64,000 nucleotides of DNA from Eledone cirrhosa (GCA_964016885.1 OZ024742.1:63178001-63242000); one strand, 5' to 3'; counted from the stretch's first letter, positions 55,651-63,653 are shown. Notes: generated by a model not told the origin, from the letters alone. Numbers and translations: made by a program.

Positions 55651-58600
55651 TTACTACCTGTCTCTCTGTCAGTCTGTCATCTCTTAACTTCTTACTACTT
55701 GTCTCTCTGTCAGTCTGTCTTCTCTTAACTTCTTACTACCTGTCTCTCTGTCAGTCTGTCATCTCTTAACTTCTTACTATCTGTCTCTCTGTCAGTCTGT
55801 CTTCTCTTAACTTCTTACTACCTGTCTCTCTGTTAGTCTGTCATCTCTTAACTTTTTACTACCTGTCTCTCTGTAAGTCTGTCTTCTCTTAACTTCTTAC
55901 TATCTGTCTCTCTGTCAGTCTGTCTTCTCTTAAATACTTACTACCTGTCTCTCTGTTAGTCTGTCAATTCTTAACTTCTTACTACCTGCCTCTCTGTCAG
56001 TCTGTCTTCTCTTAACTTCTTACTACCTGTTTCTCTGTCAGTCTGTCATCTCTTAACTTCTTACTACCTGCCTCTCTGTCAGTCTGTCATCTCTTAACTT
56101 CTTACTACCTGCCTCTCTGTCAGTCTGTCTTCTCTTAACTTCTTACTACCTGTTTTTCTGTCAGTCTGTCATCTCTTAACTTCTTACTACCTGTCTCTCT
56201 GTCACTCTGTCATCTCTTAACTTCTTACTACCTGTCTCTCTGTCAGTCTGTCTTCTCTTAACTTCTTACTACCTGTTTCTCTGTCAGTCTGTCATCTGTT
56301 CACTTCTTACTACCTGTCTCTCTGTCAGTATGTCATCTCTTAACTTCTTACTACCTGCCTCTACGTCAGCCTGTCATCTCTTAACTTCTTACTACCTGCC
56401 TCTATGTCAGCCTGTCATCTCTTAACTTCTTACTACCTGTTTCTCTGTCAGTCTGTCTTCTCTTAACTTCTTACTACCTGTCTCTCTGTCAGTCTGTCAT
56501 CTCTTAACTTCTAACTACCTGTCTCTCCGTCAGTTTGTCATCTCTTAACTTCTTACTACCTCTCTCTCAGTCAGTCTGTCTTCTCTTAACTTCTTACTAC
56601 CTGTCTCTCTGTCAGTCTGTCATCTCTTAACTTCTTACTACCTGTCTCTCTGTCAGTCTGTCTTCTCTTAACTTCTTACTACCTGTCTCTCTGTCAGTCT
56701 GTCATCTCTTAACTTCTTACTATCTGTCTCTCTGTCAGTCTGTCTTCTCTTAACTTCTTACTACCTGTCTCTCTGTTAGTCTGTCATCTCTTAACTTCTT
56801 ACTACCTGCCTCTCTGTCAGTCTGTCATCTCTTAACTTCTTACTACATGTCTCTCTGTCAGTCTGTCTTCTCTTAAATATTTACTACCTGTCTCTCTATC
56901 AGTCTGTCATCTCTTAACTTCTTACTACCTGTCTCTCTGTAAGTCTGTCTTCTCTTAACTTCTTACTATCTGTCTCTCTGTCAGTCTGTCTTCTCTTAAA
57001 TACTTACTACCTGTCTCTCTGTTAGTCTGTCAATTCTTAATTTCTTACTACCTGCCTCACTGTCAGTCTGTCTTCTCTTAACTTCTTACTACCTGTTTCT
57101 CTGTCAGTCTGTCATCTCTTAACTTCTTACTACATGTCTCTCTGTCAGTCTGTCTTCTCTTAACTTCTTACTACCTGTCTCTCTGTCAGTCTGTCATCTC
57201 TTAACTTCTTACTACCTGTCTCTCAGTCAGTCTGTCTTCTCTTAACTTCTTACTACCTGTCTCTCAGTCAGTCTGTCTTCTCTTAACTTCTTACTACCTG
57301 TCTCTCAGTCAGTCTGTCTTCTCTTAACTTCTTACTACATGTCTCTCTGCCAGTCTGTCTTCTCTTAACTTCTTACTACCTGTCTCTCTGTCAGTCTGTC
57401 ATCTCTTAACTTCTTACTACCTGTCTCTCAGTCAGTCTGTCATCTCTTAACTTTTTACTACTTGTCTCTCTTTCAGTCTCTCTTCTCTTAACTTCTTACT
57501 ACCTGTCTCTCTGTCAGTCTTTCATCTCTTAACTTCTTACTACCTGTCTCTCTGTCAGCCTGTCTTCTCTTAACTTCTTACTACCTGTCTCTCTGTCAGT
57601 CTGTCTTCTCTTAACTTCTTACTACCTGTCTCTCTGTCAGTCTGTCATCTCTTAACTTCTTACTACCTGTCTCTCTGTCAGTCTGTCATCTCTTAACTTC
57701 TTACTACCTGTCTCTCTGTCAGTCTGTCTTCTATTAACTTCTTGCTACCTGTCTCTCTGTCAGTCTGTCATGTCTTAACTTCTTACTACCTGTCTCTCTG
57801 TCAGTCTGTCATCTCTTAACTTCTTACTACCTGTCTCTCTGTCAGTCTGTCTTCTCTTAACTTCTTACTACATGTCTCTCTGTCAGTCTGTCTTCTCTTA
57901 ACTTCTTACTACCTGTCTCTCTGTCAGTCTGTCATCTCTTAACTTCTTACTATCTGTCTCTCTGTCAGTCTGTGTTCTCTTAACTCCTTACTAACTGCCT
58001 CTCTGTCAGTCTGTCATCTCTTAACTTCTTACTACCTGTCTCTCTGTCATCTCTTAACTTTTTACTATCTGTCTCTCATTCAGTCTCTCTTCTCTTAACT
58101 TCTTACTACCTGTCTCTCTGTCAGTCTGTCATCTCTTAACTTCTTACTACCTGTCTCTCTGTCATCTCTTAACTTCTAACTACCTGTCTCTCTGTCAGTT
58201 TGTCATCTCTTAACTTCTTACTACCTCTCTCTCAGTCAGTCTGTCTTCTCTTAACTTCTTACTACCTGTCTCTCTGTCAGTCTGTCATCTCTTAACTTCT
58301 TACTACCTGTCTCTCTGTCAGTCTGTCTTCTCTTAACTTCTTACTACCTGTCTCTCTGTCAGTCTGTCATCTCTTAACTTCTTACTATCTGTCTCTCTGT
58401 CAGTCTGTCTTCTCTTAACTTCTTACTACCTGTCTCTCTGTTAGTCTGTCATCTCTTAACTTCTTACTACCTGCCTCTCTGTCAGTCTGTCATCTCTTAA
58501 CTTCTTACTACATGTCTCTCTGTCAGTCTGTCTTCTCTTAAATACTTACTACCTGTCTCTCTGTCAGTCTGTCATCTCTTAACTTCTTACTACCTGTCTC

Positions 58601-59546
58601 TCTGTAAGCCTGTCTTCTCTTAACTTCTTACTATCTGTCTCTCTGTCAGTCTGTCTTCTCTTAAATACTTACTACCTGTCTCTCTGTTAGTCTGTCAATT
58701 CTTAACTTCTTACTACCTGCCTCTCTGTCAGTCTGTCTTCTCTTAACTTCTTACTACCTGTTTCTCTGTCACTCTATCATCTCTTAACTTCTTACTACCT
58801 GCCTCTCTGTCAGTCTGTCATCTCTTAACTTCTTACTACCTGCCTCTCTGTCAGTCTGTCTTCTCTTAACTTCTTACTACCTGTTTTTCTGTCAGTCTGT
58901 CATCTCTTAACTTCTTACTACCTGTCTCTCTGTCACTCTGTCATCTCTTAACTTCTTACTACCTGCCTCTCTGTCAGTCTGTCTTCTCTTAACTTCTTAC
59001 TACCTGTTTCTCTGTCAGTCTGTCATCTGTTCACTTCTTACTACCTGTCTCTCTGTCAGTATGTCATCTCTTAACTTCTTACTACCTGCCTCTATGTCAG
59101 CCTGTCATCTCTTAACTTCTTACTACCTGCCTCTATGTCAGCCTGTCATCTCTTAACTTCTTACTACCTGCCTCTATGTCAGCCTGTCATCTCTTAACTT
59201 CTTACTACCTGTTTCTCTGTCAGTCTGTCTTCTCTTAACTTCTTACTACCTGCCTCTCTGTCAGCCTGTCATCTCTTAACTTCTTACTACCTGCCTCTCT
59301 GTCAGTCTGTCTTCTCTTAACTTCTTACTACCTGTTTCTCAGTCAGTCTGTCATCTGTTCACTTCTTACTACCTGTCTCTCTGTCAGTCTGTCTTCTCTT
59401 AACTTCTTACTATCTGTCTCTCTGTCAGTATGTCATCTCTTAACTTCTTACTACCTGTCTCTCTGTCAGTCTGTCATCTCTTAACTTCTTACTACCTGCC
59501 TCTCTGTCAGTATGTCCTCTTTTTTTCTTTCTATCTGTCGTCGTTG

Positions 59547-59702
59547 TCATCATCATCATCATCTTCTTCTTCTTCTTCTTCTTCTTCTTCTTCTTCTTCT
59601 TCTTCTTCTTCTTCTTCTTCTTCTTCTTCTTCTTTTTCTTCTTCTTCTTCTTCTTCTTCTTCTTCTTCTTCTTCTTCTTCTTCTTCTTCTTCTTCTTCTT
59701 CT
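59547..59702. repeat. (TCA)5 followed by a (TCT/GAA)n microsatellite of ~47 units
   Basis: Pure TCT run from ~59,562 to 59,702 with a single C>T interruption near 59,635. Confidence 0.98.
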
Positions 59703-60140
59703 CATCATAATCATCACCAGCGCCACTGCTGCTACCCCCCCACACCGCCGTCACATTCAATACCCCTATCACTCCCATGACGACGACGACCACCACCACC
59801 ACCACCACGGCCACCACCACTTGTATACGGGTGTTCAACCAACTACGATAACTACGTCGCTGTCACCACCGTTACGGCCAGCTCACTAACCAGTCTAACG
59901 ACTGTCTTATAGGACGATCATGGCAGTGATGATGATAGTGATAATAATGATGATGATGATGATGATAGGGATAATAATGATGATGATGATAATCGTGGTG
60001 TTGGGGAAGATGAGGATGACGGGGGGAAGTGGAGGAGGGGATATTTTATTGGTTAATGTAGTCATAAATATTAATGTCAGAAATAGAATATGGTAGAGTG
60101 ACGGCTGGGGTGGTGATGGGAGCTGGTGGAGCGAACAAAA
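59703..60140. repeat. Degenerate trinucleotide low-complexity DNA: CAC/GAC-rich, then GAT/AAT/GGT-rich
   Basis: CAC/GAC runs at 59,778-59,820; (GAT)n/(AAT)n at 59,927-59,993; GGT/GGA-rich up to ~60,130. Confidence 0.85.
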
Positions 60141-60143
60141 AAC

Positions 60144-61960
60144 ACCACCGCCACTACCACTACTATCAGCATCACACATAATACCACCATTACTAACAAC
60201 CATTACTTCGATCATCACCACCACCACTACACCACCACCATCACCACCACCACTACACCACCACCACCATCACCACCACCACTACACCACCACCAACAAC
60301 ACCTTCATCATCACCACTACCACCACCAACACTACCACCACCGCCACCACTACGCCACCATCAACAACATCATCATCATCACCACTACCAACATCACCAC
60401 TACCACCATCACTATAACCACCACCATCAACAACACCATCATCATCACCACTACACCACCACCACCACCACCACCACCACCACCACCACAACCACCACCA
60501 CTACCACCATCACTATAACCACCACCATCAACCACACCATCATCATCACCACTACACCACCACCACCACCACCACCACCACCCCACTACCACCATCACTA
60601 TAACCACCACCACCATCAACCACACCATCATCATCACCACTACACCACCACCACCACCACCACCACCACCACCACCACCACCACCACCACCACTACCACC
60701 ATCACTATAACCACAACCATCAACAACACCATCATCACCACTACACCACCACCACCACCACTACCACCACCACCACCACCACCACCACCACCACCACCAC
60801 CACCACCACAACCACCACCACTACCACCATCACTATAACCACCACCATCAACCACACCATCATCATCACCACTACACCACCACCACCACCACCACCACCA
60901 CCACCACCACCACCACCACCACCACCATCACTATAACCACAACCATCAACAACACCATCATCACCACTACACCACCACCACGACCACCACCACCACCACT
61001 ACACCACCACCACCACCACCACCACTACCACCATCACTATAACCACCACCATCAACAACACCATCATCATCACCACTACACCACCACCACCACCACCACC
61101 ACCACCACCACCATCGACCACACCATCATCATCACCACTACACTACCACCACCACCACCACCACCACCACCACCACTACCACCATCACTATAACCACCAC
61201 CATCAATCACACCATCATCATCACCACCACCACCACCACCACCACCACCACTACCACCATCACTATAACCACCACCATCAACCACACCATCACCACCCCC
61301 ACCACCACCACCACCACCACTACCACCATCACTATAACCACCACCATCAACCACACCATCACCACCCCCACCACCACCATCAACCACACCACCACCACCA
61401 CCACCACCACCACCACCACCACCACCATCACTATAACCACCACCACCATCAACAACACCATCATCATCACCACTACACCACCACCACCACCACCACTACC
61501 ACCATCACTATAATCACCACCACCATCAACAACACCATCATCATCACCACTACACCACCACCACCACCACCACTACCACCATCACTATAATCACCACCAC
61601 CATCAACAACACCATCATCATCACCACTACACCACCACCACCACCACCACTACCACCATCACTATAATCACCACCACCATCAACAACACCATCATCATCA
61701 CCACTACACCACCACCACCACCACCACTACCACCATCACTATAATCACCACCACCATCAACAACACCATCATCATCACCACTACACCACCACCACCACCA
61801 CCACTACCACCATCACTATAACCACCACCACCATCAACAACACCACCATCATCACCACTACACCACCACCACCACTACCACTACCAACAACAACAACAAC
61901 AAAACCACCGTCACCACCATCATCACTACCAGCAACAACAACAATTACTATGATGATGAT
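60144..61960. repeat. Compound (ACC/ATC/AAC) microsatellite-minisatellite with 16 copies of an ACTATAA-anchored unit
   Basis: Motif CCATCACTATAA(C/T)CACCACCATCAAC(A/C)ACACCATCATC...CTACACC(ACC)n recurs with ACTATAA at about 60,411, 60,512, 60,597, 60,704, 60,832, 60,930, 61,036, 61,187, 61,262, 61,331, 61,430, 61,507, 61,584, 61,661, 61,738 and 61,815. Confidence 0.95.
61420..61875. repeat. Near-perfect 77-bp tandem repeat (~6 copies, four sharing a TAATC variant)
   Basis: ATCACTATAA starts at 61,427, 61,504, 61,581, 61,658, 61,735 and 61,812, a constant 77-bp spacing. Confidence 0.93.
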
Positions 61961-62120
61961 AATTGTTTCTACATTTGGCACAAGGCCAGCAAATACCTAG
62001 TGTATTACTGGTACCTTATTTTATCGACCCCGTAAGGAACTCAGACCATAAAGGGCCGTAACTCTTTGCTGCAAAGCATGGCATCAGACCCTCTACCGAT
62101 ATTGCCAATCCACCGCCCTT
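61950..62120 (-). mobile_element. Degenerate, internally deleted tRNA-derived SINE (Meta-domain-like core; octopus-type by recall)
   Basis: Minus strand reads GGCGGTGGATTGGCAATATCGGTAGAG (tRNA-like head, A-box-like TGGCAATATCGG) ... TCTGAGTTC|CTTACGGGGTCGATAAAATAAGGTACCAGT ... TTGCTGGCCTTGTGCCAAATGTAGAAAC, then an (ATC)n tail. The GGGGTCGATAAAAT..GTACCAG core and the tail are recalled from cephalopod SINEs; no search was run. Confidence 0.7.
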
Positions 62121-62280
62121 GGTGGTAAAGATGATGATAGTGATGATGAGGATGATGATGGTGGTGGTGGTGGTGGTGGGGATGATGATAATAATGCTCA
62201 TGGTTATGGTAATGATGACATTGATGATGGTGATGGGGGTTAGGATGGAGTGGTGTTGTTGGTGGTAATGATGATGATGA
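62121..62280. repeat. (GAT)n/(GGT)n compound microsatellite
   Basis: Runs such as GATGATGATAGTGATGATGAGGATGATGATGGTGGTGGTGGTGGTGGTGG are directly visible. Confidence 0.93.
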
Positions 62281-62479
62281 AAGACCGCCGGATCCGTGCT
62301 CCACTACCAAGCCGAACCCACCCAAGTTTTTTCACGCCGGTCGTCGCCGAGTTCTCGGTCCACAAATTATCGTTTTCCTCCGTAAAATCAGGATGAGTTC
62401 ACCCTACCCTAGGAAGTAACCCCGTGAAATAAAGTGGCTGATGCAGCGGGTGTCGATAGCTGGTGTTCGATATTTTGTC

Positions 62480-62780
62480 CGTGGGGTGCAGCTGAGTTAT
62501 ACCCACACTAATTGTAATGTTGTGAGTTTGATTCCCGGAACGTTGTGTACTTTATTTTACGTTGCTCCAATTTATTCAGCTGTAGAAATGACTTGCAAAG
62601 TCACTGGTGCCAAGCTGTATCGGTCATTGTTTTTCTCTTGGTCAACAACGGTGGCGTGGAGAGGGGAATGGTATATATGGGCGACTGCTGATCTTCCACA
62701 AACAACCATGCCCGGACTTATGCCTCTTGGTGCAAATCCCATGGTCATTCGTAATCGAAGGGGCTCTTTACCCTTTTTTA
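62480..62780 (+). mobile_element. Degenerate tRNA-derived SINE with CORE-like central domain (octopus-type by recall)
   Basis: B-box-like GAGTTTGATTCCC at ~62,524-62,536, then GTTGTGT..CTTTATTTTACGTTGCTCCA..TTCAGCTGTAGAAATGA (CORE-like), and a 3' end CCCATGGTCATTCGTAATCGAAGGGGCTCTTTACCCTTTT. Family assignment is from memory and the 5' boundary is uncertain. Confidence 0.62.
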
Positions 62781-62910
62781 CCAATACGAACAACACAACC
62801 GTAGTATTAGAGCCAAATAAAACGTTCATGGACCATTTTTACTCCTGACACATCGGGCGTGTTAACTTCCTACAAAGGTCAACCTAAACCAATGACTTCC
62901 GCCTTTTCAC

Positions 62911-62925
62911 ATATATATATATATA
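62911..62925. repeat. (AT)n microsatellite
   Basis: ATATATATATATATA. Confidence 0.9.
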
Positions 62926-62954
62926 GTTCAAGAAATGACAATACAAATACAAAG

Positions 62955-63018
62955 TGTTATTAGTAGCACGCTTAGGAAGTAGAAGAGTGTTTAACGTTTC
63001 GGACATAACTCCTTCTTA
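62955..63018 (-). ncRNA. Truncated, degenerate hammerhead-ribozyme remnant (Penelope-like terminus)
   Basis: Minus strand GAAGGA-GTTATG-TCC-GAAACG...CGTG: a stem II (GGA/TCC), GAAAC and an ACG/CGT stem III base are present. The CUGA box is replaced by the (TA)n tract and the would-be triplet is GUG, which is not cleavable. Confidence 0.4.
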
Positions 63019-63036
63019 TAATATATATATATATAT
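63018..63036. repeat. (TA)n microsatellite
   Basis: TATAATATATATATATATAT. Confidence 0.9.
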
Positions 63037-63143
63037 TTGATATAGAAATGGCTTCTACATGACTAGAACTGTTTCATTCGGGAGAAATCATCAGGAAGCC
63101 TGAAATCATCTAGTCCTGTAGGAGCCATTTCTATATTAAATAT
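63033..63143. repeat. 35-bp inverted repeat (32/35 matched) with 41-bp spacer
   Basis: 63,033-63,067 ATATTTGATATAGAAATGGCTTCTACATGACTAGA versus the reverse complement of 63,109-63,143, ATATTTAATATAGAAATGGCTCCTACAGGACTAGA. Confidence 0.95.
63050..63100 (-). ncRNA. Minimal type I hammerhead ribozyme (GUA cleavage triplet)
   Basis: Minus strand: GGCUUC CUGAUGA U-UUC-UCCC-GAA-U GAAACA GUUCUAGUCA UGUA GAAGCC. Perfect 6-bp stem I, intact CUGAUGA and GAAA boxes, 3-bp stem II with a U-U first pair, 3-bp stem III (ACA/UGU) with palindromic CUAG in the loop. Predicted cut between 63,056 and 63,055. Confidence 0.82.
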
Positions 63144-63222
63144 TTATACTCTACTATGTATTGAATACTTTACTTACTGTGGTTACCCCCCACCCCCGCT
63201 CCGATTGAACCCGGGATAAACT

Positions 63223-63230
<8 letters not shown>

Positions 63231-63269
<39 letters not shown>
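63231..63269. repeat. (TA)~19 microsatellite
   Basis: Uninterrupted TA run. Confidence 0.97.
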
Positions 63270-63271
<2 letters not shown>

Positions 63272-63362
63272 CAAAGGAAATGTGGTAAGGAACCAGATGG
63301 ACCATAACGCACCAAAGTACTCAATACTTAGGGTAGTAGAGTGGGTAATAGGAACGAGTAGG

Positions 63363-63458
63363 ACCCCGACGGCTGAGCTCAAGCCGTTTCGACGGCTAAT
63401 TCTGTACTAAATGAAATTTTTTATCCTGGTACATGAATAGCCGAGATTCTCAGGGGGT
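63363..63458 (-). ncRNA. Type I hammerhead-like fold with long stem II and a variant core (CUGAGA); possibly inactive
   Basis: Minus strand: ACCCC CUGAGA AUCU CGGCUA-UUC-A-UGUAC (21-nt loop) GUACA-GAA-U-UAGCCG UC GAA ACGGCU UGAGCUC AGCCGU C GGGGU. Stem I ACCCC/GGGGU, 6-bp stem III, GUC triplet, palindromic UGAGCUCA at the stem III apex. The core is one base short of CUGANGA. Confidence 0.68.
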
Positions 63459-63653
63459 AATTCCATATATGGTAAAAGTGATTGTCACAAGGATTGGTCA
63501 AAAGTTTGTTGTTGAGACACATAATTCTATCATAGCAATTTGTGGAACGAAGGGGTAGCTGAACCTGCCAGTAGAAGAAAGTGGGAGAGGGAGGGGAGGA
63601 AACCCAGCCGTGCGTTGATAGTGCCAACCACAGCAGGATCCTAAGGGCAGGAG

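Larger units (their letters stand above)
1..59520. repeat. 41-bp tandem satellite array (~1,452 monomers, continues past the left window edge)
   Basis: Monomer GTC(A/T)TCTCTTAACTTCTTACTACCTGTCTCTCTGTCAGTCT starts at 1, 42, 83 and so on. Phase checked every 2,460 bp (60 monomers) is exact up to 39,361 and afterwards is explained by four small deletions. The last full monomers start at 59,432 and 59,473; a partial one starts at 59,514. Confidence 0.99.

Noticed and set aside
1-59520. CRISPR array or coding tandem repeat
   Set aside because: Monomers are contiguous with no unique spacers. The 41-bp period puts TAA (plus) and TAG/TAA/TGA (minus) stops into every frame within about three units.
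1-59520. Telomeric repeat or confirmed centromere
   Set aside because: No TTAGGG-type unit. Centromere identity cannot be established from sequence alone.
59430-59889. Poly-Ser, poly-Lys and poly-Leu ORFs
   Set aside because: These are reading frames through the (TCT)n microsatellite, open only because the repeat has no stop codons.
59907-61981. Gly-rich (DGGGYSDGGSGGG), His/Thr/Pro-rich and Val-rich ORFs resembling structural proteins
   Set aside because: They are translations of the ACC/ATC minisatellite. Units such as the 77-mer are not multiples of three, so the peptide motif shifts frame and hits stops. No credible signal peptide or splice structure.
62388-62460. Possible plus-strand hammerhead (CAGGATGAG..GAAAT; CTGATGC)
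   Set aside because: Neither matches CUGANGA, and no consistent stems I-III could be formed.
62030-62540. tRNA genes at the A/B-box-like motifs
   Set aside because: No cloverleaf can be built; the motifs are better explained as decayed SINE heads.
62016-62848. ORFs 62016-62201, 62041-62325, 62441-62848, 62572-62829 and 62607-62804
   Set aside because: They overlap microsatellites and SINE-like relics on both strands, several lack a true ATG start, and none shows a recognisable domain.
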